Made by a program: the position numbers and the translations under genes | Notes under the pieces: generated by a model | Told to the model about the DNA's origin: nothing | The model's input: only the letters and a program-made list of their open reading frames with translations | Database searches by the model: none | Assembly (NCBI GenBank): GCA_017992575.1 | Contig: JAGOOJ010000001.1 | Coordinates: 1-44,158, forward strand | Reading direction: 5' to 3' | Length of the DNA stretch: 44,158 bases | From: Candidatus Moraniibacteriota bacterium | Lineage (GTDB): Bacteria > Patescibacteriota > Minisyncoccia > Moranbacterales > UBA1568 | In this document: piece by piece, positions 30,882 through 39,558 of the stretch | Layout: each line of letters opens with the position of its first letter | How positions within the stretch are numbered: the first letter of the stretch is position 1

Positions 30882-33539
30882 ATGTCTTTTTTGGAAAAAT
30901 TGTTTGGTTCGAACGAACGTGAGGTCAATCGACTTCGTCCTTTGGTTGAAAAAATCAATACTTTTGATAGTGCCATGCAGGCGTTATCACTCGATGAATT
31001 GAAGAGCAAGACGGTGAGTTTCCGTGAGCGTCTTGCTTCGGGTGAAACATTGGATGAGTTGTTGCCGGAGGCCTACGCAGTGGTGCGGGAAGTAGCCAAA
31101 CGAGTCATTGGTGAACGTCACTATGATGTTCAGCTACTCGGCGGTATCGCGCTTCATCGTGGCAAGATTGCAGAAATGAAGACAGGCGAAGGGAAAACAC
31201 TGACGTCGACACTGCCGATATACTTGAATGCTCTTTCGGGGAAGGGAGTTCATGTGGTGACGGTCAATGATTATTTGGCCAAGCGTGACTGTAATTGGAT
31301 GGGCAAGGTCTATGAAGCCCTTGGGCTCTCGACCGCCTGTATTGTTGGTCAGGGTGTGTCGTATCGCTATACGTCCAATGTAGAGGATCACGATGAGACC
31401 ACGGTTGAGATGGAGAATCTCGTGACGATTACCCGTCATGAAGCCTATAGAAGCGACATTACCTATGGGACGAACAATGAATTTGGTTTTGACTATCTGC
31501 GTGACAATATGGTGCCGACGCTTGAAGATATGACTCAGCGGAAACTCCATTTTGCCATCGTTGATGAAGTGGATTCGATTCTCATTGATGAAGCCCGTAC
31601 GCCACTTATCATTTCGGCTCCAGATAGTGAGTCGACCAAGCTCTATGAGCGTTTTGCCAAGATTGTTCCCATGCTCAAACCAGAAGTGGATTATGCGGTT
31701 GATGAAAAAATGAAAGCGGTGACACTGACCGATGAGGGCATGAATTCTGTCGAACGGTTGTTGGGTATGGAAAATATTTACGCTTCAGGTAATGTTCAGT
31801 ACGTTCATCATTTGGAGCAGTCACTCAAAGCCAACATCATTTTTAAAATCGATCGTGACTACGTAGTGAAGGATGATCAGGTTATTATCGTTGATGATTT
31901 TACCGGGCGTATCATGCCGGGACGACGCTATAGTGAGGGTCTCCACCAGGCTATTGAAGCCAAAGAAGGCGTAACCGTGCAACGAGAATCGCGGACCTTG
32001 GCAACCATTACGTTCCAGAATTATTTTCGCTTGTACGAAAAATTAGCTGGTATGACTGGAACAGCCACTACTTCTGCTGAGGAATTGGCTAAGGTATATA
32101 AACTGGATGTTTTGGAAATTCCGACTAATCGGCCGATGACTCGCAAGGATCTCCCGGACATTATCTACAAGACGGAAGAAGCCAAGTTTCGTGCTATTGT
32201 CGAGCATGTCAAAGAAGTTCATGAGAGCGGACAGCCTATTCTCATTGGTACGGTGGCAATTGAAAAATCAGAATACTTGAGCGCTCTTCTCGGACAGGAG
32301 GGTATCGTTCATGAGGTGTTGAATGCCAAGAATCATGAACGGGAAGCGCATATTATCGCCAATGCCGGTCAAAAAGGATCGATTACTATCGCTACCAACA
32401 TGGCTGGTCGTGGGACTGACATCAAACTCGGTGACGGAGTGCGTGAGGTTGGAGGGCTACTTATTGTTGGTACGGAGCGTCACGAAGCCCGGCGGATTGA
32501 TAATCAGCTTCGTGGTCGTGCTGGACGGCAGGGTGATCCTGGAATGTCCCAGTTTTTCGTGTCACTCGAGGATGAACTGATGCGTCGTTTCGGGGGTGAA
32601 AAGATGAAAAGTATGATGACGACGCTAGGGCTTCCTGATAATGAACCGATTCAAAACACAATCATTTCGAAAACCATTGAGAGTGCTCAATCGAAGATTG
32701 AAGGGTTTAACTTTGATATCCGCAAACACGTTCTTGACTACGATGACGTCATGAACAAACAGCGTGAAGTGGTGTATCGGAAACGTCGGACAGTACTCGA
32801 AACGAGTGATTTTGAAAATGAGACGTTGCGTCTCATCTCTGAAGAGCTTGATCATGTCATTGGGTTTCATACTGCGGTAGAAGAGAGTGAGTGGAATATG
32901 GTGGAAATTGTCAACGAAGCCAATGCCATGTTTTCGAGCCTGAACGAGAAAGAAGCTCTCAAGAAACTAGAGACTATGCGGGATGATCGTTCCAAAGATG
33001 AGATTGAAAAGCGTGGGCTGATACTGGAATACCTTATTGGTGAAGCAAAAAAAGTATATAATCAGAAGGAGGTTGTCATAGGTAAGGATGTCTGGAACAT
33101 GATTCAGAAATCGCTCTATCTTCGTTCACTTGATACCCTTTGGATGAATCATCTCGACGAAATCGACTATCTGCGTCAGGGGATTGGACTGCGTGGGTAT
33201 GGTCAGCGTGATCCGCTTATCGAATATAAACGGGAAGCTTTTGATCTGTTTCTTGGGCTGATGGATACGGTGCGTAAGACGTATCTCATGACCATTTTGA
33301 AGGTAGAACAAAAAATTGAAGCCTTAACCGAAGAAAAGCCTCGCGAAATGCAGTTTCGGGGAGCCAGTGAAAATATCGAGTCGTTTGCGACGCTCAAGGG
33401 TGAGGCGCGGGCAGGTGGTGGCAGTGCGGAGGGCGAGGCGCCCAAGCAGAAGCCGATTGTCAATGATGCGGTAGTTGGTCGGAATGACCCTTGTCATTGC
33501 GGGAGCGGAAAAAAATTCAAAAAATGTCACGGTGCCTAG
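30882..33539 (+). CDS. secA: preprotein translocase ATPase SecA
   Basis: 885 aa. It has MKTGEGKTL (Walker A), DEVDSILIDEARTPLIIS, TNMAGRGTDI and the C-terminal zinc finger CHCGSGKKFKKCHG. Confidence 0.97.
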   Translation: MSFLEKLFGSNEREVNRLRPLVEKINTFDSAMQALSLDELKSKTVSFRERLASGETLDELLPEAYAVVREVAKRVIGERHYDVQLLGGIALHRGKIAEMKTGEGKTLTSTLPIYLNALSGKGVHVVTVNDYLAKRDCNWMGKVYEALGLSTACIVGQGVSYRYTSNVEDHDETTVEMENLVTITRHEAYRSDITYGTNNEFGFDYLRDNMVPTLEDMTQRKLHFAIVDEVDSILIDEARTPLIISAPDSESTKLYERFAKIVPMLKPEVDYAVDEKMKAVTLTDEGMNSVERLLGMENIYASGNVQYVHHLEQSLKANIIFKIDRDYVVKDDQVIIVDDFTGRIMPGRRYSEGLHQAIEAKEGVTVQRESRTLATITFQNYFRLYEKLAGMTGTATTSAEELAKVYKLDVLEIPTNRPMTRKDLPDIIYKTEEAKFRAIVEHVKEVHESGQPILIGTVAIEKSEYLSALLGQEGIVHEVLNAKNHEREAHIIANAGQKGSITIATNMAGRGTDIKLGDGVREVGGLLIVGTERHEARRIDNQLRGRAGRQGDPGMSQFFVSLEDELMRRFGGEKMKSMMTTLGLPDNEPIQNTIISKTIESAQSKIEGFNFDIRKHVLDYDDVMNKQREVVYRKRRTVLETSDFENETLRLISEELDHVIGFHTAVEESEWNMVEIVNEANAMFSSLNEKEALKKLETMRDDRSKDEIEKRGLILEYLIGEAKKVYNQKEVVIGKDVWNMIQKSLYLRSLDTLWMNHLDEIDYLRQGIGLRGYGQRDPLIEYKREAFDLFLGLMDTVRKTYLMTILKVEQKIEALTEEKPREMQFRGASENIESFATLKGEARAGGGSAEGEAPKQKPIVNDAVVGRNDPCHCGSGKKFKKCHGA

Positions 33540-33543
33540 TTTG

Positions 33544-33744
33544 ATGTGTATGGATCAGGAAATTTTTGAAAAAGAGCTTGGTATGTGTCGCAAGCTTCAC
33601 CATGAAAAGAAAGGTTGTCATTGGGGGAAGTGTGCTACGTGTGGGGTGATACCATCTCTCTACAAGCTTCACAAGGGCGTGGTACTTGAGAGTGAAGAAG
33701 ATATTAGAAAGGTGAAGGAGGAAGTTTTTGGAGAACCAATATGA
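33544..33744 (+). CDS. 66-aa Cys/His-rich small protein, translationally coupled to the downstream Nudix gene
   Basis: The sequence is MCMDQEIFEKELGMCRKLHHEKKGCHWGKCATCG..., with C15, H19/H20 and C25-x4-C30-x2-C33. It has an ATGA overlap with the 33741 start. Confidence 0.5.
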   Translation: MCMDQEIFEKELGMCRKLHHEKKGCHWGKCATCGVIPSLYKLHKGVVLESEEDIRKVKEEVFGEPI

Positions 33745-34196
33745 AAAAATCGTTTGATCTCAAAAAAGGAGTCGACTTTATCGGGGTGACCTGCGTGTTT
33801 TTCTGTCACGATGGGCGAGGGAATCTCCTCATGCACAAGCGGAGCAAGAACTGTCGTGATGAAATTGGGCGTTGGGATACCGGATCGGGATCAATGGAGT
33901 TCGGCGAAACGCCTGAAGGGGCAGTGGTGCGGGAAATTCAGGAGGAGTACAGTGTACAGCCGAAAAATTTACAGTTCTGTGGCGTGCGCAATGTCCTCCG
34001 TATGAATGGTGCTGTGCAGACGCATTGGGTCGCCTTTGTGTTTGTGGCACAGGTCAACCCAAAAAAAGTGAAGATTGGTGAACCGGAAAAAATGGAGGAG
34101 CTTTCTTGGTTTCCTCTGTCAAAGCTTCCGAAACCACTCCATTCAGCTTTTGGTGCTCAACTCAAGATGATTCGAAAGTTCGGGGTAAAAATATAG
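33741..34196 (+). CDS. Nudix hydrolase
   Basis: The Nudix box is GSMEFGETPEGAVVREIQEEYSV (Gx5Ex7REUxEExGU). Confidence 0.85.
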   Translation: MKKSFDLKKGVDFIGVTCVFFCHDGRGNLLMHKRSKNCRDEIGRWDTGSGSMEFGETPEGAVVREIQEEYSVQPKNLQFCGVRNVLRMNGAVQTHWVAFVFVAQVNPKKVKIGEPEKMEELSWFPLSKLPKPLHSAFGAQLKMIRKFGVKI

Positions 34197-34202
34197 TTTT
34201 TT

Positions 34203-34757
34203 ATGAAAAAAGAAGTCAGAGAGTATACTCAAAAGATTTGGGATTATCATCTGATGCATCAGAAAATAGAGAAAGCTGATGCCATTTTTGTTCTTGGTAG
34301 TAATGATATTCGGGTTGCCGAAAGAGGAGCGGAGCTGTACCTGGCTGGTTTGGCACCACTCTTGATATTTTCCGGTGGATTCGGAACTCGGGCATCGGGT
34401 GTACACCAGTTTACCCGTCCTGAGGCGGTGGAATTTTCGGAAAGAGCAAAAAGTATGGGTGTCCCGGAGAAGGCTATTATCATCGAGGATCAGTCTACCA
34501 ATACGGGGGAGAACATCTCTTTTACGCAGAAACTGTTGAATGACAAGGGGATTTTTCCCAAAAGCATGATTCTAGTCCAGAAGCCCTATATGGAACGTCG
34601 TACGTATGCCACATTCTGTAAGCGGTGGGAGGGGATCTCTTTTTCTGTGACTTCACCGAAGATACCTCTGGAATCTTATCCTAACGAAGATATTTCCGAA
34701 GAACGGATGATAAACGCCATGGTAGGTGATTTACAAAGAATAAAAGAATACCCCTAA
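34203..34757 (+). CDS. YdcF/DUF218 (ElyC/SanA-like) family protein
   Basis: It has DAIFVLGSND...LIFSGG...EA...GVPEKAIIIEDQSTNTGENISF. Confidence 0.75.
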   Translation: MKKEVREYTQKIWDYHLMHQKIEKADAIFVLGSNDIRVAERGAELYLAGLAPLLIFSGGFGTRASGVHQFTRPEAVEFSERAKSMGVPEKAIIIEDQSTNTGENISFTQKLLNDKGIFPKSMILVQKPYMERRTYATFCKRWEGISFSVTSPKIPLESYPNEDISEERMINAMVGDLQRIKEYP

Positions 34758-34858
34758 TAAAGGATTCCAAATTTTTCAAGAAATTCCTGATGATGTTTGG
34801 ATGGCCTACGAGAAACTTGTGGCTCTTGGGTATAATAAAAAACTTATTAAAGAATAGT

Positions 34859-35131
34859 ATGGCACGGATTGAGAAAAAATTGTGGTCAGAGTACTTCGAT
34901 CAAGTGGCATCGGGCAAAAAGAAGTACGAGCTTCGTTTGAATGACTTTGATGTGGCAGAAGGGGATATATTGGTACTGCGAGAATGGAACAAAGAAACCA
35001 AGGAATATACAGGGAGAGTGCTTGAAAAAACAGTGACCCGAGTGAATCGATTCAAAATGGATGACCTGTATGCCTTTTGGTCCAAAGAAGAAATAGAAGA
35101 AAAGGGGATTCAGATTATTTCTATGGAATAG
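34859..35131 (+). CDS. ASCH/DUF3850-like small protein
   Basis: LWSEYFDQVASGKKKYELRLNDFDVAEGDILVLREW matches the ASCH/DUF3850 beta-barrel N-terminal pattern. TATAAT lies at 34832-34837. Confidence 0.6.
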   Translation: MARIEKKLWSEYFDQVASGKKKYELRLNDFDVAEGDILVLREWNKETKEYTGRVLEKTVTRVNRFKMDDLYAFWSKEEIEEKGIQIISME

Positions 35132-35133
35132 TT

Positions 35134-35721
35134 ATGCTTCAGAAGTTGCTTGGCTTTGCTCGGATGCTCAATGAACTGCAGGCGGTAGAGCGGGTTATCC
35201 GGGTGAAGAATGCCGACCGGTGGGAGAATGATATGGAACATTCTTACCATTTGGCCATGCTTGCTTGGTATATTATTGACTCACAACAACTCGCTCTGGA
35301 TAGGGAAAAAGTTTTGCGTTATGCTCTGGCTCATGATTTGGTAGAAGTATATGCCGGAGACACCTATCTCTTTAGCAAAGATAAGGAACTTTTGGATTCG
35401 AAACCAGAGCGGGAACGTCTGGCAGCCGAGCGTCTGGCGAAAGAATTTCCAGAGGTACCAGAGATGCACGACGCCATTTTTCGTTATGTCAGAAAAGATG
35501 ACCCCGAAAGTCGCTTTGTGTATGCTTTGGATAAGATTGAACCGATTATCAAGCTTTATCTTGATGGTGGCCGAACGTGGAAGGAAATGCACGTGACACT
35601 CGATATGGCCTATGAGAGCAAAAAAGACAAAGTGGCGCTGTCACCGGAAATCAAAGCGTATTTCGATGAAATGATGGTACTGCTTCGCAAAGAAGAGCGG
35701 ACACTGTTTCCAGAAAAGTAA
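35134..35721 (+). CDS. HD-domain phosphohydrolase (YfbR-type 5'-deoxynucleotidase-like)
   Basis: It has ENDMEHSYHLAMLAWYI and ALAHDLVEVYAGD (H...HD...D metal ligands). Confidence 0.8.
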   Translation: MLQKLLGFARMLNELQAVERVIRVKNADRWENDMEHSYHLAMLAWYIIDSQQLALDREKVLRYALAHDLVEVYAGDTYLFSKDKELLDSKPERERLAAERLAKEFPEVPEMHDAIFRYVRKDDPESRFVYALDKIEPIIKLYLDGGRTWKEMHVTLDMAYESKKDKVALSPEIKAYFDEMMVLLRKEERTLFPEK

Positions 35722-35929
35722 AAAGCCGAGGAGGGTAAGTCCAAGGCTGGGAGGTTCCGCAGTTGCGGATGGGCGGCTGGGTGGCGATCTGAAGGGAGAA
35801 GGGGCGGGAGGAGAAAGGTGGTACAGAGTGTTATCATGTATTTTGTGGTGTTCAAGCGAACACCAGCTTCCTCTCACATCCCCCAGCCCCGTGCCTCGAA
35901 TATAGCATTACTGGCACATGCTGGCAAGG

Positions 35930-36214
35930 CTATTCTTGTTGAAAGGCCCTTCCCAGGTTGAAGACAGCATTGAGCACTTCCTCGAGTTTTTCTGGCCCAT
36001 CCACGGATCGCAATTGCTCAAAGTGTTCTGCTGTCTCACTAGAAACTTCAAGCGGGACAAACGCGACAACGATGCTTGTGGATTCATCTACTGGCGCCCA
36101 GTATTCTCTGGCGGATTCGAGGGAGTAAACCTCAGCTGGGGCGAGCTCTAGGACGATGGCATCTGGAGGGCAGTTATGGCCGGGGCCCGGTTGTAAAAGG
36201 ACGACGTGGATCAT
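35930..36214 (-). CDS. 94-aa acidic GC-rich ORFan on the opposite strand to its neighbours
   Basis: AGAGGTGA lies 7 nt upstream of the ATG. A TTGACA box lies upstream on the minus strand (36264-36269). No family is recognised. Confidence 0.5.
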   Translation of the reverse strand: MIHVVLLQPGPGHNCPPDAIVLELAPAEVYSLESAREYWAPVDESTSIVVAFVPLEVSSETAEHFEQLRSVDGPEKLEEVLNAVFNLGRAFQQE

Positions 36215-36281
36215 TATCGGTCACCTCTTTTTGGGGTATGCTAAAATAATCATAGAAACATCCAGGTGTCAATATATTCGT

Positions 36282-36749
36282 ATGAAAAAAATACTCACAC
36301 TCTGTTTAGTCATCGAGGGGGAGAAGATTCTTCTCGGTATGAAGAAACGGGGATTTGGCGCGGGTCGGTGGAATGGTTTTGGAGGGAAAGTTGAGGGAGG
36401 GGAATCGATTGAGGAGGCAACTAAGCGAGAGACGTTTGAAGAATGTGGAGTGGTTATCACTGAAATGGAGAAAGTAGGCATTCACGAATTTGAGTTTGCT
36501 CATGATCGTGGCAACATCCTTGAAGTGCACGTATTTCGCGTTAGTGAGTGGACAGGTGAGCTTATTGAAACTGAAGAGATGCGACCGCAGTGGTTTACCA
36601 CTGATGCCATACCCTACGATGAAATGTGGCCAGACGATATTCATTGGATCCCCGTGTTTTTGACCGGCAAGAAATTCCGTACCAAGTTTTTGTTTGGTCA
36701 GGGTGATAGCGTATTAGAAAATCATGTCGAAGAAGTGTCCGAGCTTTAA
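36282..36749 (+). CDS. MTH1/NUDT1-type Nudix (8-oxo-dGTP diphosphatase-like)
   Basis: LLGMKKRGFGAGRWNGFGGKVEGGESIEEATKRETFEECG, then EMRPQWF...IPYDEMWPDDIHWIPVFL and KKF...F.FQG. From memory these are near-identical in pattern to human MTH1 over the full length. Confidence 0.85.
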   Translation: MKKILTLCLVIEGEKILLGMKKRGFGAGRWNGFGGKVEGGESIEEATKRETFEECGVVITEMEKVGIHEFEFAHDRGNILEVHVFRVSEWTGELIETEEMRPQWFTTDAIPYDEMWPDDIHWIPVFLTGKKFRTKFLFGQGDSVLENHVEEVSEL

Positions 36750-36761
36750 GGCGTATTCCAT

Positions 36762-37754
36762 ATGAAAAAACTACGCGTTGGTATTTTGTTCGGCGGTAAA
36801 TCAACCGAGCATGAGGTGTCACTTCAATCAGCCAAAAACGTCATTGCTCATCTGGACCCGGAAAAGTTTGAATCGGTACCGCTTCTTCTTAATAAAGAGG
36901 GAGAAGGTGTTGCGACTGAAAAGAGTATTGTAGAATTGCGCCAGATAGTGGACGTGATATTCCCTGTACTTCATGGGGGCTCTGGTGAGGATGGTACTGT
37001 GCAGGGTCTGTTGAAGCTGTCGGGTATTCCTTTTGTGGGAGCGGGAGTGCTTGGATCGGCTATCGGGATGGATAAAGACGTGATGAAGCGCCTGCTTCGT
37101 GATGCTGGAATTCCGATAGCTCAGTTTTTGACTATACAGGAAAAGACGGCTCCTTTGTATGAGGAAGTGGTCAAAGTACTGGGGATACCGTTTTTTGTAA
37201 AGCCAGCCAATGCGGGTTCATCGGTAGGGGTGCACAAAGTAGAGAGTGCCACGGGATATACTACAGCTCTTAGAGATGCGTTTCTCTATGATACCAAGGT
37301 ATTGATAGAAGAGACTATCGTGGGACGTGAAATAGAAGTAGCAGTACTTGGCAATGAGAACCCACAAGCCTCGGTGCCGGGAGAAATTATTCCCAAAAAC
37401 GGATTTTATTCGTATGAAGCCAAATATCTTGATTCTGATGGTGCAAAATTGAGGGTACCTGCTCAATTAGACGCTGAAACTTCCAAGAAAATACAGGAAC
37501 AAGCAAAGCAAGTATTTCAGGTGCTTTCTTGTGAGGGAATTGGTCGGGTAGACTTCTTTCTTCGCGAAAATGGTGATATCCTGGTCAATGAGATCAATAC
37601 ACTCCCGGGGTTTACTGCTATCAGTATGTATCCTAAACTATGGGAAGCAAGCGGGGTATCGTATACTGCCCTTGTCACACGTCTCATTGACTTGGCGCTT
37701 GAGCGCCATGAACGAGAGCAACAGTTGAAGACAGTATATCAAAGCGGAGAGTAG
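36762..37754 (+). CDS. ddl: D-alanine--D-alanine ligase
   Basis: It has MKKLRVGILFGGKSTEHEVSLQSA, HGGSGEDGTVQGLL, FFVKPANAGSSVGV, and NEINTLPGFT (ATP-grasp). Confidence 0.95.
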   Translation: MKKLRVGILFGGKSTEHEVSLQSAKNVIAHLDPEKFESVPLLLNKEGEGVATEKSIVELRQIVDVIFPVLHGGSGEDGTVQGLLKLSGIPFVGAGVLGSAIGMDKDVMKRLLRDAGIPIAQFLTIQEKTAPLYEEVVKVLGIPFFVKPANAGSSVGVHKVESATGYTTALRDAFLYDTKVLIEETIVGREIEVAVLGNENPQASVPGEIIPKNGFYSYEAKYLDSDGAKLRVPAQLDAETSKKIQEQAKQVFQVLSCEGIGRVDFFLRENGDILVNEINTLPGFTAISMYPKLWEASGVSYTALVTRLIDLALERHEREQQLKTVYQSGE

Positions 37755-37828
37755 TACGCGATAAAGAGCCTGTAGTTATCCGCCGGCTGGCGGAGGTACA
37801 GCGCTGCACGCGCCCCGTTAGACAATAT

Positions 37829-37866
37829 GGGTCTATGGTCTAGTGGTAGAACAGTGCATTTTTACC
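37829..37866 (+). pseudogene. tRNA 5'-half fragment (acceptor 5' strand, D-arm, 5' anticodon stem and a loop with UUU)
   Basis: It reads GGGTCTA TG GTCT AGTGGTA GAAC A GTGCA TTTTTAC. No complementary 3' anticodon stem, T-arm or acceptor 3' strand follows. It lies 22 nt upstream of tRNA-Ala. Confidence 0.45.
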
Positions 37867-37888
37867 CCGTACCAAAACTTCTTTTTTT

Positions 37889-37962
37889 GGGCTTGTAGTA
37901 TAGTGGTAATACGCTGCATTCGCATTGCAGAGACGCGAGTCCGATTCTCGCCAAGTCCACCA
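37889..37962 (+). tRNA. tRNA-Ala (anticodon CGC), CCA encoded
   Basis: It reads GGGCTTG TA GTAT AGTGGTA ATAC G CTGCA TTCGCAT TGCAG AGAC GCGAG TCCGATT CTCGC CAAGTCC A CCA. The G3:U70 Ala identity pair is present. Confidence 0.9.
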
Positions 37963-38016
37963 GTATTTTCTTAGCCGATGCCGATTTTGGCAGGGTTATT
38001 TATTATAAATATGTAT

Positions 38017-38646
38017 ATGGCACAACTCATTTTGGTGCGACATGGGAAATCAGTGTGGAATAAACAGGGATTATGGACTGGCCACACTGATATTGATTTG
38101 GATGAAGATGGAGAGCGCGAGGCTGAACAGGCCGGAGAATTGCTTCATGATATCGATATTCATCGAGCCTATGTTTCTGATCTGAAACGGACTCACCAGA
38201 CACTTTCGGGGATAAAGCGTGGCCGAGGCTTGCCAGAAAATGAATTGGTACCAATCAAGCACGTCGCCTTGAAGGAACGTCATTACGGAGTTCATACCGG
38301 AAAAAATAAGTGGGAAATCCAAGCTTTGGTAGGGGAAGAAGAATTCATGAAAATAAGACGGCACTGGAATCATCCGATTCCCGAAGGGGAGACGTTGAAG
38401 GATGTACATGATCGGGTGGTGCCCTACTATGAATCTGTTATTAAAGCGGACTTGCTGGCCGAGAAAAATGTCATTGTTGTGTCCCATGGGAATACACTCC
38501 GGGCATTAATAAAATATCTTGATGTTATGTCTGAAGAAGCCGTGGCTTCTCTGGAAATAGCCACGGGTGAAGTGTATTGTTATCAGTTTGATTCGACTGG
38601 TCAAATCTGCGGTAAAGAAATTCGTCTTAGAAAAAGTGAGAAGTAG
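38017..38646 (+). CDS. gpmA: histidine phosphatase family protein, 2,3-BPG-dependent phosphoglycerate mutase-like
   Basis: It has LILVRHGKSVWNKQGLWTGHTDIDL (RHG motif), ERHYG and VSHGNTLRALI. The start could be 38011 or 38017. Confidence 0.75.
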   Translation: MAQLILVRHGKSVWNKQGLWTGHTDIDLDEDGEREAEQAGELLHDIDIHRAYVSDLKRTHQTLSGIKRGRGLPENELVPIKHVALKERHYGVHTGKNKWEIQALVGEEEFMKIRRHWNHPIPEGETLKDVHDRVVPYYESVIKADLLAEKNVIVVSHGNTLRALIKYLDVMSEEAVASLEIATGEVYCYQFDSTGQICGKEIRLRKSEK

Positions 38647-38743
38647 TGATCCGGGTTTTTTTTCGGTCACTTTCGGGCGTGATGGTTTTTTACTCGAAAG
38701 ATGATGGGGGATGATTTGATTGAAGGAGTAACAGAAAAAAACT

Positions 38744-39547
38744 ATGAATCTCTTTCAGAAATTGTTAAGTATGGTTCTTCATTCTCGGTGGCGGGTTGCC
38801 CTGAATACTGTTCCTTTTGTGGTGGCGATAGTGGTGATTAAGTTTGTTGTTCATTCCCTCGGGTATGAATTTTTAACCCTAAACTCCTTGTTTACGGCCA
38901 TTATATCGGCCAATATTTTTTTGATTGGATTCTTGATATCAGGAACCCTCGTTGACTACAAGGAAAGTGAAAAATTACCGGGTGATTTATCAGCGAGTCT
39001 CGAAACCATGGTCGACGAGGGATTAATCCTCTACGCCAGTAAAAAGAGCCAGGTGGCAAAGAACTTTCTCTTAAAGCTGTCACAGTTTAATGCTTCGCTT
39101 ATTGATTGGTTTTACAAAAGAGAGCGCACCAACGCGCTTATGGAAAAAATTCTCTCGTTCAACGATGACTTCTTGGCTTTTGAAAAAGAGACACAGCCGA
39201 ACTTTATCGTTCGCCTAAAACAAGAACAAAACTTGATGAGGAAGATGATCAATAGAATTCATACCATTAGAGAAACGTCATTTTTGGGAACCGGCTATGC
39301 TATTGCAGAAATTATCACATTTATCCTTGTATTCGGATTGATTTTTATAAAGATGGACCCGTTCTATGAGGGTATCTTCTTTGTTTCTTTTGTGAGCTTT
39401 ATTTTAATTTATATGATCTATTTTATCAAAGATCTTGATAATCCGTTTGGATACAACGAAACGGATAGTTTAGTGGAGGAAGTGTCGCTTAAACCGATTC
39501 TTGATAGCCAGAAAAGAATCGAGTCTTACTGTGAAAAACTGAACTAA
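38744..39547 (+). CDS. hypothetical 4-TM membrane protein
   Basis: Two TM pairs flank a ~100-aa soluble segment. No confident family is recognised (possibly DUF4239/bestrophin-like topology). Confidence 0.6.
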   Translation: MNLFQKLLSMVLHSRWRVALNTVPFVVAIVVIKFVVHSLGYEFLTLNSLFTAIISANIFLIGFLISGTLVDYKESEKLPGDLSASLETMVDEGLILYASKKSQVAKNFLLKLSQFNASLIDWFYKRERTNALMEKILSFNDDFLAFEKETQPNFIVRLKQEQNLMRKMINRIHTIRETSFLGTGYAIAEIITFILVFGLIFIKMDPFYEGIFFVSFVSFILIYMIYFIKDLDNPFGYNETDSLVEEVSLKPILDSQKRIESYCEKLN

Positions 39548-39558
39548 AAAATAAATAC

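Noticed and set aside
35610-35877. Minus-strand ORFs 35610-35855 and 35641-35877 (Pro/Ser-rich).
   Set aside because: They are translations of the C-rich complement of the G-tract, have no SD, and one overlaps the 3' end of the HD gene.
5569-36281. The idea that the GC-rich single-gene cassettes are integron gene cassettes with attC sites.
   Set aside because: I found no RYYYAAC/GTTRRRY core-site pairs at cassette borders and no intI-like gene. The cassettes are dispersed rather than arrayed, and several carry their own promoters.
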